Shown here: positions 8,258-17,402 of the stretch, piece after piece | How the letters are laid out: every line of letters starts with the position of its first letter | Numbering within the stretch: position 1 is the first letter of the stretch | Virus record (IMG/VR): IMGVR_UViG_3300005573_001331 | Span: 7,945-71,944 of that record | Origin: a virus | Taxonomy: Duplodnaviria; Caudoviricetes | Reading direction: 5' to 3' (one strand) | DNA: 64,000 nucleotides | Made by a program: the position numbers and the translations under genes | Notes under the pieces: generated by a model | The model's database searches: none | Told to the model about the DNA's origin: nothing | What the model saw: the letters and a program-made list of their open reading frames with translations, nothing else

Positions 8258-10168
8258 TTACCTTCCTCTTTTCCGCAATCTATCAATCGGAGTTACACCT
8301 CCTGTACTAAATAACCTCGGCCCAGCAATAGGCACAAGATGTTGCGGAGAGTATACAGGTTTTGAGCCTTTTCGGGCAAGTTCCTGCGTCGTCTGTTTCG
8401 TTGGCTTTGCTCTTAATGAGAGGCGATATACAAGATTGGCCACTACACTGGCGAAGTCATCATGCTGTACTGGGCCTGTTGTAGGATGAGAATAAAAAAT
8501 ATAATTGCCAGAAATGACACGCTGTAAATACTTCATCTCTAATTTCCATCGAGCAACATAGCCTCCTGCATCGTCTCCGTACATATGCAAGTGTCCCGTC
8601 TCCATTTCTGAGAGGAGCGCGCCAAAAATGGCCATTTTGTACTTATTTGTAAATGTTGTTTCTATTGCAGGCAAGCCTACAGACTGTAATCTTGAAACTG
8701 GAGCAGTGCTTTCAAATTGGTCGAAAGCTATCTCGTCAATGAAGTTTGCTCCACCGAGATCCCTTACAAGATCTAATACGAAGTTAATTACTACATCGGG
8801 ATCGACTGTAATTTGTTCTATCGCGCCTCCTGGTAGCTGACGTAACTCCGCATCAAATCCATGCATTCCATCGACATAATAATGCACCTTGTTCTGGTCA
8901 TAATCTTCATACTCATAGTGTCCCCAAGCTATTGCATAGGTATCCGCTGCTTTTCTTTTTGCCTTCCCACCAGGATCGAGAGTAATACAGTAACGAATCG
9001 TTCCGTTGTTAAAGCGAGATATTGATCTTCCTGGAACAGGAACTAAATTAATAACCGCTTCGGGAACAAACTGAGCAGCAGGGTTGCCAAAATGAGCACC
9101 GTACTCCATCTCCGCGAATACCGGATCTTTTATAAATTCATCACGCAACTGTTCTTTTGATGTTATAATGGGCGACACTTCCCAAGTAGCAAATTGCACA
9201 CATTGATAGCCTTCCAGTGGTTTAATATCATCTGGGTGCATTCCTTCAGGTAAATCCTGTTCCTTACCGCCTGATAAGCAATAATACTTGTATGCTTCAC
9301 CGGCCTTTATTGATGGGCTGGTTTCAATTATAACAACTCCATCCTCGCCGAAGTCCTTCACAGAAGGCACAAGAGCTGTAACAATAGCGTGATCGGTTTG
9401 ATTGCTGCTTGAATACACTGAATCTAGATCGTCGGTTCTTGCAAATTGAAAGTGTGCCAGCTCACTAAGGATCAGCGTTTTTATTGCCTTTCCTCTATTG
9501 GTCGCACCAGAAGTTGTGACAGATTCAATCTTGAGACTACCAGGTAATAAATTCTTTCGCTGCACCCCTCTCGGCAGCATGAGATTTTCCCGTTTAATGC
9601 GTTCATTCATTAACAGGTCATATGGTGAGAAGAAACCGAGTTCCTGCGTATTGTCGTCTTTGAAATTTATGTAACGATCAAAAAACTTCGTTCCTTTTAT
9701 AATATTCTTTGTAATAGCAAACATATCCTGCGCTTGACTCTCTTTTGCTGCAACATGCAGAATATGGATCGGATAACGTTCTTGCATTCCGTAATACTGC
9801 TGCGGATTTCCAAGACAAATCAAATCCTTCATATCATTAGCTGCCATCATAGCAGAGATTGTCGATTTAGTCCCTCGTCTTCCAACTATAAGCGTTAGAT
9901 ACTTTATTCGCTGGGTTTGTGTAAGGGGGAGAGTAATTCCCCAAAGATCCTTCTCAAGTTTGATTAATCGCTGCTCTTCTTCATCAGGAGGATACTGCTC
10001 AAATAGATTGTAACGAAGCTTTATTATGAGTCTCTGAAAAGGAGTAGCATCGATATTAACATAATTACTATCAGCAACAAGAAATTGAAACGCATCGGGA
10101 ACTTCCCTCGGAAGGATTAGTTGAAGCTCATTAGCTCGCTTTTCAATGGTAGACGTAAGATCTATCAT
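8258..10168 (-). CDS. terL: Terminase large subunit
   Basis: Walker A-like VGRRGTKS, Walker B-like LILSELAHF, coupling motif ETSP, EYGAHF, nuclease motifs TLDPG, FDQF and HDD. Confidence 0.85.
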   Translation of the reverse strand: MIDLTSTIEKRANELQLILPREVPDAFQFLVADSNYVNIDATPFQRLIIKLRYNLFEQYPPDEEEQRLIKLEKDLWGITLPLTQTQRIKYLTLIVGRRGTKSTISAMMAANDMKDLICLGNPQQYYGMQERYPIHILHVAAKESQAQDMFAITKNIIKGTKFFDRYINFKDDNTQELGFFSPYDLLMNERIKRENLMLPRGVQRKNLLPGSLKIESVTTSGATNRGKAIKTLILSELAHFQFARTDDLDSVYSSSNQTDHAIVTALVPSVKDFGEDGVVIIETSPSIKAGEAYKYYCLSGGKEQDLPEGMHPDDIKPLEGYQCVQFATWEVSPIITSKEQLRDEFIKDPVFAEMEYGAHFGNPAAQFVPEAVINLVPVPGRSISRFNNGTIRYCITLDPGGKAKRKAADTYAIAWGHYEYEDYDQNKVHYYVDGMHGFDAELRQLPGGAIEQITVDPDVVINFVLDLVRDLGGANFIDEIAFDQFESTAPVSRLQSVGLPAIETTFTNKYKMAIFGALLSEMETGHLHMYGDDAGGYVARWKLEMKYLQRVISGNYIFYSHPTTGPVQHDDFASVVANLVYRLSLRAKPTKQTTQELARKGSKPVYSPQHLVPIAGPRLFSTGGVTPIDRLRKRGR

Positions 10169-10180
10169 ATGTCCCTAATG

Positions 10181-11035
10181 CTAATTGTTGTTTTTAATCT
10201 CGGAGGGTTGTTCAATCTGTGTAACCTCCTTATACTCGACCGGCTGTGCTACTTCCTGTGGTTTCGGCAACAACGGAGTGACAAGCTTCTGCAACATTTG
10301 CATAAGAGTAAGAGCTACTTGTTTCCCTTTATCGGGATCGTCCTTGAATACATCAAGTAGCAAGAAATCCGCGACCTCCTTTGCGTACGTTTGCAAAGTG
10401 GCCTCTACATTATTAATAAAGTTTTGATTGATCTGAATAAGAGTATTAGGTGTGCCCTTCTCTATCTCTTTGCTTCTTAATACTATCTTTTGTATTTCCC
10501 CATAAATGGCATCAGCCGTTACTATGAGACGATCGAGCTCTCTTAACTCTCTATCATCAATCGTTGACGATTTTAGCTTCTCTTTTAAGCCTTCTATTCG
10601 TGTCTGTATCGCCTCAACATTGCTTATTCTCTGTCTGAAAATCTCATTATGAATAAGCCTCTGATCGATTTCCTTTTTTAGCTTCTGTCGAAAAAGTTCT
10701 TTCAACAGCTCGGCTTCATTTACTGGCTGCCCCTTGCTATGTAAAAATGCCATAGCAACGAGTGCTGGATCAGTATGACGACGATGGGAATTTATATTTA
10801 TCTCTGTAATGGGAGGGACTCCAGGAGGAAGCTTTTGATTGTAGACCTGCATTATTTCCACCCAGGTCCTACGTTGCAGGACGATATCTAGAGTTATTTC
10901 TGCAAAGGTCTCTTCATCATCCTTAAAGACTTGACAAATCTTGCAGAGTCGCCTTCTAGGAATCTGCACGCTATCACTATGCTTGCGCAGATTTTCTATT
11001 ATCCAACGCTCTCCTCTCGACAAATCTTCGTTCAT
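10181..11035 (-). CDS. Putative terminase small subunit
   Basis: Immediately upstream of terL; CKIC...SHRRH Zn/HTH-like N-terminus followed by a coiled coil. Mostly a positional call. Confidence 0.45.
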   Translation of the reverse strand: MNEDLSRGERWIIENLRKHSDSVQIPRRRLCKICQVFKDDEETFAEITLDIVLQRRTWVEIMQVYNQKLPPGVPPITEININSHRRHTDPALVAMAFLHSKGQPVNEAELLKELFRQKLKKEIDQRLIHNEIFRQRISNVEAIQTRIEGLKEKLKSSTIDDRELRELDRLIVTADAIYGEIQKIVLRSKEIEKGTPNTLIQINQNFINNVEATLQTYAKEVADFLLLDVFKDDPDKGKQVALTLMQMLQKLVTPLLPKPQEVAQPVEYKEVTQIEQPSEIKNNN

Positions 11036-11156
11036 TTTCTGCCAACCGTACTTCTGTCTTACAGTTTGGGCAAATCCTTGTTTGCTCCGTGTAATCGAGT
11101 CTTAAAGGGCGCCCGCACTTAGGACAATCCTTAAAAAAGTTTGTTAACTTTATCAT
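10977..11156 (-). CDS. 59-aa Zn-ribbon protein (MIKLTNFFKDCPKCGRPLRLDYTEQTRICPNCKTEV...), below the ORF-track cutoff
   Basis: Manually translated; CPKC and CPNC pairs; fills the gap between two genes. Confidence 0.55.
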   Translation of the reverse strand: MIKLTNFFKDCPKCGRPLRLDYTEQTRICPNCKTEVRLAENERRFVERRALDNRKSAQA

Positions 11157-11199
11157 ATTTGACTCCGACTGTGTTGTAAAGCTCTATTGTGAGGAGCTC

Positions 11200-13200
11200 T
11201 CAAAAAGCGTCTTGTTCTTCCAATTCCTGATCTAACATCTCATTTATATCCAGGAAGTTCTTTATTACCCCTCTTAGCCAGGAAATAATAGAAAAAACAG
11301 GATCGGCAGAACTCAAAGAGGAGGTAATCTTCTTCTCATGAGATTTAGAAATTGGATACTTGTAAAGATATCGCTCAAGAACGGAAGACATGTTCTCTTC
11401 CTGCAATTTCTTCTTGATCTCGATAATCTGACTCTGCAGGTCCTTGCTTATTTGACCTGCTCTCTCAATCACCTCGTTTAACGTTGGAGTCTTCGTTGGG
11501 TTGGTCATACGCTCTACACGAGCGATTATAAAATCTTCGTAGTGAACAACTTTACTTTCTGTTTCGCTGATCTGCTCGTACAACATCTTCAGATAAGATG
11601 CTACACTGTCTTCTGCACTCTTTATTTTAGGATTATACTCTTTCGTTATTTCAAGTGACTGTTCTTGCAGAGGTCTTAATTTCTCTGCTAGCTCTGCTTT
11701 AATATCGGCCAGCTCCTTCTGAGCATTGTGCAACTTTGTTATCGCTTCCTTTACCTTATCTTTCGCTGGCCCTATAAGAGCAGGCTCCTCATATTCTTTT
11801 ATTGGCGGAGCCTTCTGCAGAACCTTAAACTGAATCGGGCCCTCCTTCACGCCTTCCTCTTCCTCTGCAGACTCTTCCTTGTCCGCCACTTTGGAAATAC
11901 CGATTATTTCCCTCAACTCAAGCTCTTCTGTACTGAACTTGTTCTTTTCTTGTTTTATAGCTTCTTCTTCATGCGGTTCCGTAGAATTTGCAATACCGTA
12001 ATTTCTCTCAGGATTGGAGTTCTTTAAATACTGACTTATTTCCTCTCTCTTCATATTGTAAAGCGGTAATTTATCTTGATTGGGAAAATGCTCTCTTTCT
12101 CTTACCTGCTTTTCATCCATCTCTCTAAACGGGATTCGATACCCCTTCTGCTTCGTCGGATCAGTCGGGAGTCCACTAGAATCTGCCTCTGATTCCCCAA
12201 TTGGGAAATTATCGAGCCTTATTCGTATGTCGCGGGTTTCTCGGACTGGAGCATTTGTTGCGGGATCGTGTCCATGAATATCCTTGATGTGTCTGGGGTC
12301 AGGAGCACTGTAAGCGGCTTCTTTCTTCAATTTCTCATCAACCCTGCGCTTGTTTGTATAACCGACAGTATAAGGATCTGCCGCCTGTTTTGCCAAAAGC
12401 TCTTTCTTTTTCTGCTCCCAAGAACTCTTTACTCCGAGAACATCCACTATTTTCGCAGCTGCGGGAGAAGTTTTCTTCTCTTTTTCCTGAGCATCTTCTT
12501 TAGCTTGTGATAAGTTTTTCAAGACCTCATCTCTCTCTTCTTGAACCTGTTCTGGTTTTGTATCAGGTAACTCATCTTTCAAATAATTAATATCACGTTT
12601 GCTCATATCAACAAGTTTGTTAATTTCCTGTTCTTCATGATCACTATCCCAAGGACCCTCAAGATCTTTTTCTGCCATATCCAATCTATCGGCTATTTCA
12701 TCTTGTTCTTCGTCAATAGTTGCCTCATCAGGACTTCTATGAATCTCCTCTAAGTCGTCGAGACTGGAATCAAAGTTTTGTTCCGCTTCTCGCAACTCTT
12801 GAGCAGGAATATTGCGCTCGGAATCAGGTAGTACCTCATCTAGTACTCCCTTAAGTACCTTGTCAAGATCGGAAGTTTTCGATGTGCCGTCCGTAGCCTG
12901 CTTAGCTAAAGCATCCACCAATGTTTGTTTTGTAACTACATTGACGAGATTGGGATTTGGCTGGTTCTCAGGAATTATTCCTTGTTGATTTGTCTGCGCG
13001 TTCTGGACTACTGTTCCCTTTCCTGGAACCTGACGAACGACATTATAAGTTTCTCCAGTCTGCATATTCATCATCTTTTGTCCAGGCTGCACAGTTTGTG
13101 ACGGCGTAGGAGCTGTCTGTGGTTGCTGTGGTTGAGTCAGATTTGGAGTCCAACTCCCATCGGCTTGTTTCTTAAAGAATCGTCTCTGAATAGCACCCAT
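11200..13200 (-). CDS. Large low-complexity protein with acidic and coiled-coil regions, probable head/scaffold or internal virion protein
   Basis: 666 aa; Q/P-rich N-terminus, acidic middle, coiled-coil C-terminus, several K-x-A motifs; in the terminase-portal operon. Confidence 0.5.
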   Translation of the reverse strand: MGAIQRRFFKKQADGSWTPNLTQPQQPQTAPTPSQTVQPGQKMMNMQTGETYNVVRQVPGKGTVVQNAQTNQQGIIPENQPNPNLVNVVTKQTLVDALAKQATDGTSKTSDLDKVLKGVLDEVLPDSERNIPAQELREAEQNFDSSLDDLEEIHRSPDEATIDEEQDEIADRLDMAEKDLEGPWDSDHEEQEINKLVDMSKRDINYLKDELPDTKPEQVQEERDEVLKNLSQAKEDAQEKEKKTSPAAAKIVDVLGVKSSWEQKKKELLAKQAADPYTVGYTNKRRVDEKLKKEAAYSAPDPRHIKDIHGHDPATNAPVRETRDIRIRLDNFPIGESEADSSGLPTDPTKQKGYRIPFREMDEKQVREREHFPNQDKLPLYNMKREEISQYLKNSNPERNYGIANSTEPHEEEAIKQEKNKFSTEELELREIIGISKVADKEESAEEEEGVKEGPIQFKVLQKAPPIKEYEEPALIGPAKDKVKEAITKLHNAQKELADIKAELAEKLRPLQEQSLEITKEYNPKIKSAEDSVASYLKMLYEQISETESKVVHYEDFIIARVERMTNPTKTPTLNEVIERAGQISKDLQSQIIEIKKKLQEENMSSVLERYLYKYPISKSHEKKITSSLSSADPVFSIISWLRGVIKNFLDINEMLDQELEEQDAF

Positions 13201-13201
13201 T

Positions 13202-14365
13202 CTACATCTGCCTTAAGTCTTTGTGTTCAATATAATCGCCAAAATCGGCTTTCTTCTCCTGAGTTGCACTTACCTTGCGAACAAACCTTCCATCAACCCA
13301 GTATTCCTTATCACCATTTGCATATACAACAGCAGGACCATTTGTATTATGCAGGGATCCATGTTTATACCAAGCCTGGAAGCCGTCACTCCCTTCTAAA
13401 GCAGGGCCATCCTCTCTATGCAACTGTCCCTCAAACCAGTATTCCTTGGAGCCGTCTTTATGTACAACCGCTGGTCCTTTTGTATTATGCAGCTGACCGT
13501 TTACTTCATGAACTTCCTCTTTAGCGGTACTAGATGCTTGCTTTATAAGCTTATTTCCTCGATGTTGTGCAGCCGCTCTAAATTGCCATATCTCTCTTTC
13601 GCGATAAGTAACAGGAACCTGTCCACCACGCTGATCAAATCTCATTCCCACATTCGGTTCTCGTTGCATACCTTGCTGTGCTTCTAAATTCTGCTTATCA
13701 AACGGGAACTGTACACCTTGTGCATTCGTAAATACGGTAGGAAGATTGATATGGCCAGCCTCATCAAAAGAAACAGAGGCATATACTTTTGCGGTTGCAA
13801 AAGATATCGCATTCGACTTTTTAGCATATTCCCATTGAATCGCACATTTAATCGTGTTAAGGGTCGGATAAGCTTGACCAGCTTGTTTTGTGTGCTCGCT
13901 TGAGATATAGCGTACCCTCGCTTGAGGAAATCCCATACGAGCCACGTGGCTCTGAAGAGCATCAATGGCTTTCCAGTAATACACCTGATCGACATATGTA
14001 TTATAGGTTTGTCCTTTAGCATCACCTAGAGCGGCTTTCTTTACTATCTGTCTCTCGGCGGGCTGCGCATGCTCAATCTTTCGAACCTGCCTGTAAATGC
14101 GTAGCTCTTTTCCACACCGTGGACAAGTTAATGAAGCATTCTTTGAAGCGTTCTTCTGAAAAACCAGTCTCTTATCGTCTGCTTGATAAACCTTCCGACA
14201 ATCTGAACAGAAATACTGTGCAGTAATAGGCTCACTGCCCCTTGAAGAAGCTGACTTTCTTATTTGAGCCTTTAGAATCGGTTTAGCAGCTTCTCTTATT
14301 TCCTGTTCATTAAACCAGTCGGGTTTGTGTTCTTTCATTGGGCCGTCAATTGGTGGTATAATCAT
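13202..14365 (-). CDS. Modular protein: Zn ribbon, unknown domain and LHREDGPA-type beta repeats
   Basis: CSDC...CPRC; QLHNTKGPAV, QLHREDGPAL, SLHNTNGPAV repeats. Confidence 0.6.
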   Translation of the reverse strand: MIIPPIDGPMKEHKPDWFNEQEIREAAKPILKAQIRKSASSRGSEPITAQYFCSDCRKVYQADDKRLVFQKNASKNASLTCPRCGKELRIYRQVRKIEHAQPAERQIVKKAALGDAKGQTYNTYVDQVYYWKAIDALQSHVARMGFPQARVRYISSEHTKQAGQAYPTLNTIKCAIQWEYAKKSNAISFATAKVYASVSFDEAGHINLPTVFTNAQGVQFPFDKQNLEAQQGMQREPNVGMRFDQRGGQVPVTYREREIWQFRAAAQHRGNKLIKQASSTAKEEVHEVNGQLHNTKGPAVVHKDGSKEYWFEGQLHREDGPALEGSDGFQAWYKHGSLHNTNGPAVVYANGDKEYWVDGRFVRKVSATQEKKADFGDYIEHKDLRQM

Positions 14366-16510
14366 TTAAAACTCCACGTTTGAATTGGGAACGCCTGCAT
14401 TGTTCGTCTCAGGCTGGTTAACGATCGGCATTGGCGGTGTTGACGGAGGTGGAGGAGGTGATTGTTCTAAAGCTTTATGTAGATTCTCTTCCTCTGGATT
14501 CTCTTCAAACTTGACAGTCACACTTTTATCATCCGGATGCACTTTTACTAGATACTCCGGCCCCTCCTCTTCTGCTTCCTCGCTATCGTACAAAACCTTC
14601 TCATCTTCTTGCTGATCTTTCTTCAGCTCTGGCTGCTGGGGCAATGGTGCTCCGGCTCCAGCGGGTCTACCAACATCGTTACCATTTCCTGTTGTCCAGG
14701 CCATTGGCGGTACTGTATCGGAAACATCTTCTGCTAACTTTGCTATCAGATCCTCTTTTGGCAGAAACTTACGATCGATAAAGCCAGCTACTCGCATCAT
14801 TCCATGTCTATCTGGCCTCTGTATAAGGCTTCCTATTTTTCGCTCTATTTTTGGCATCGGAACAAATTGTTCATCACCATACTCATCTACATAACTGTAT
14901 CTTACTATGCCGTTAATATAGTCGCGATAAAGCATTACCTCCGGAATCCCCGTTCTCGAAGTGAGAATCGTTGATTGTTGTTTCTGTGGCTGCGGCTGCG
15001 GTGGTGGAGGAGGTGTCTGAGCTTGCGCTAGCTGCTGGCTAACCATTGGTGGCACTTCTGCTGGCTTCGGAGCCTCTGCTATATTGTTTAAATAGAAATC
15101 CAGCCCCTTTTCTGCATCGTTAAAAGTTACAGAGACTGTAGCATTTTGCTGACCGCCACTCTCTCGCATCTCTATCTCTTTCTCTTTTATTCCAGGAGCA
15201 AGAGGTATGTCACTCGGCTTTACTTGAGAAGCCGCCATCTTAGCAGAAGAAGATCTACCGAAGTGTGCTTTCTTCCACTGTTCAAAATCTGCGTCCGTAA
15301 AGCCTTTTATAGAAGCGCCAACAAAGTTGCCGTCTACCCACCACTCTTTGCTTCCATCAGTATGTATAATCGCAGGTCCATCAAGACGACTTACCTCTCC
15401 ATCGGTAAACCATGTCTTCGTTCCTTCAACATCGATAACCTCGGTAGAAGCTTGTTTAATGAGCAAATCAACCAACTCCTCGCGCGCGCTCTTCTTTTCT
15501 TTCTTTCTGTGATGTTTCTTGTAGTATTCAGTATGATGTTTTGGTTCGCCATACTGATTATACTGTTTCCAGGAGATGGCAAAAGCCTCTCCCTCTGGTA
15601 TATTTAGTCTCTTCAACTCTTCCACCTCGTGCTTTCTTCCTGGAGGATGAACAGCTTCTTTCTCCAAACTTGCTTTACGATGTTTAAAATACTCTATCTG
15701 TTGTAATCTCTTAACGGCATCCTTTCGATCCTTATACCCCTTGCTCAGCCTCTTCGACTTATCCTTGTTGTAAACATACCACTTTCCATCCTCTCTTACA
15801 ATGTGCGCTAAACGCTGAAATGCCTTTGGTCTGGGCGCTTCTTCTGGATGTATGTGAGGAAATCTGAACGGACTCGGACGTTCATTTGGTTCCTCATTTG
15901 GTTCTATATCGGGTTCAATGTCAGGCTCAACTTCTGGTTCTATGTCAGGTTCAACCTCTGGTTCAACCTCAGGTTCAACTTCTACCTCAACTTCTTCTTC
16001 AACGACACCTGCAGCCCTCTGAAGTGAAGCTCGCTTGCTTCTTGTATATCCACATTCCGGACACTCTAAATCTTCTCCATCGGGAGTCTCGACCATTTCA
16101 ACCTCGCAGTAGGGGCACCTTTTGCGTATATCATCATCGTAACCCGCTTGCTTACGCAATCCCCTCCATTGCTCGCTTGCAAGCTGGCGGATTATGTCAT
16201 CCTTATCGTCAGAGTACACAACAAGCCACTCTTCCTTGCTGCCCGTCTTTGGATCCTCGAATACTTTTTTGACCCAAATTCGCCCGTAGTCGTCAGCCGT
16301 ATCCGCTTCTTTATACAAACCATAGCCGATACTGCTGAACCGTTTGCTTGCTAAAGCTTCCTTCAGCAATATCTCTCTCACTGCGGTTTTTGAGGCGGTC
16401 TTACGAATAGGGGCGTTTCCCTTCTTGAGCATACTGTTTACAGCATCAATTTTCTGCTGCATACTCTTCGTAATACTGTAAAAACTGCGTATACTTTGAT
16501 TGAGGCTCAT
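14366..16510 (-). CDS. Modular protein: Zn ribbon, Glu-Pro tract, two short basic modules and a DGPA repeat; first gene of the head operon
   Basis: CPYC...CPEC; EPEV/EPDI repeats; HIVREDGKW...RLQQIEYFKH; HPPG...AISWKQYN; RLDGPAIIHTDGSKEWWVDG. Confidence 0.6.
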   Translation of the reverse strand: MSLNQSIRSFYSITKSMQQKIDAVNSMLKKGNAPIRKTASKTAVREILLKEALASKRFSSIGYGLYKEADTADDYGRIWVKKVFEDPKTGSKEEWLVVYSDDKDDIIRQLASEQWRGLRKQAGYDDDIRKRCPYCEVEMVETPDGEDLECPECGYTRSKRASLQRAAGVVEEEVEVEVEPEVEPEVEPDIEPEVEPDIEPDIEPNEEPNERPSPFRFPHIHPEEAPRPKAFQRLAHIVREDGKWYVYNKDKSKRLSKGYKDRKDAVKRLQQIEYFKHRKASLEKEAVHPPGRKHEVEELKRLNIPEGEAFAISWKQYNQYGEPKHHTEYYKKHHRKKEKKSAREELVDLLIKQASTEVIDVEGTKTWFTDGEVSRLDGPAIIHTDGSKEWWVDGNFVGASIKGFTDADFEQWKKAHFGRSSSAKMAASQVKPSDIPLAPGIKEKEIEMRESGGQQNATVSVTFNDAEKGLDFYLNNIAEAPKPAEVPPMVSQQLAQAQTPPPPPQPQPQKQQSTILTSRTGIPEVMLYRDYINGIVRYSYVDEYGDEQFVPMPKIERKIGSLIQRPDRHGMMRVAGFIDRKFLPKEDLIAKLAEDVSDTVPPMAWTTGNGNDVGRPAGAGAPLPQQPELKKDQQEDEKVLYDSEEAEEEGPEYLVKVHPDDKSVTVKFEENPEEENLHKALEQSPPPPPSTPPMPIVNQPETNNAGVPNSNVEF
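15880..16005 (-). repeat. Degenerate 12-bp coding tandem repeat (EPEV/EPDI/EPNE)
   Basis: Recurrent ggttcaacctc/ggttctatgtc units on the + strand. Confidence 0.8.
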
Positions 16511-16589
16511 GTTCTTTCTCTCTTATCTTATTACTTCTATGATAGTTAGATGGAAACTGGCAAAGATTCAAAATGTAGGAGTGGAAATC

Positions 16590-17399
16590 TTATCGAAGAG
16601 TAGCATATATTTGCGCAATCGGCTGCGCGCCAAACTTGCGCAACGCCTCGTCAATATCCTTTACAGCAAGGGGGGAAATATCAATAGAAATGTGTTCTAA
16701 GGCATAACTTCGGCAAAGATTAGCGGTTACAGTGGTTGCTTTTCTTCCGGCGGCATCATTATCAAAGATTGTAATAACCTTATTAGTAAGTAACTTCAAT
16801 AAAAGAACTTGATATTCTGTCAAGCCGGCTGTACCAACAGCGAGCACATTTGCAAAAGCAGCATTTGCCATCGATAGAGCGTCAATACTTCCTTCTACAA
16901 GAATAGCACAGCATTCTTGTTTAATGGCGTCTAAGGCTTGAGATAGTCCGTAAAAAGTTGCACCCTTAAAAAAGGTTAAGCTGTTGCGACTATTTATATA
17001 CTTAATCTGGGGGTGTTCTTCTAAACTCCGAGCAAAAAAGGCTGTGATTCTCCCTTCAAAATCAGTATAAGGAAAAACAACTCTGCCACTTTGTCTCATT
17101 CTGTATGTTCCGTCTTCCAAAAGGTGTAATTCGCCTGTTGACACAAGATCTGCAATACCAATATTGTTATCTTGTGCAAATTTCAGCACTAAATCCGTTG
17201 AGGGACAGTAACCAACGCGATATTTTTTAAGAATTTCATGACTTAAACCGCGTACAGAAGTGAGATAATTCAACGCACGCGCATTTTCTTGCAAAGATTG
17301 CTCAAAAAACTGTGCGAGTTTAGCTAAAATATCAGTCCGATAATAATAGGCTACAACTATTTTATCGAGATTTTCAGTAATTTCTTGTAAATTATTCAA
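16590..17399 (-). CDS. dnaG: DnaG-type primase catalytic core (TOPRIM) lacking the Zn-binding domain
   Basis: YLTSVRGLS, RVVFP, KYINS, ILVEGSIDAL and IFDNDAAG; no CHC2 motif in the ORF. Confidence 0.85.
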   Translation of the reverse strand: MNNLQEITENLDKIVVAYYYRTDILAKLAQFFEQSLQENARALNYLTSVRGLSHEILKKYRVGYCPSTDLVLKFAQDNNIGIADLVSTGELHLLEDGTYRMRQSGRVVFPYTDFEGRITAFFARSLEEHPQIKYINSRNSLTFFKGATFYGLSQALDAIKQECCAILVEGSIDALSMANAAFANVLAVGTAGLTEYQVLLLKLLTNKVITIFDNDAAGRKATTVTANLCRSYALEHISIDISPLAVKDIDEALRKFGAQPIAQIYATLR

Positions 17400-17402
17400 A
17401 TT

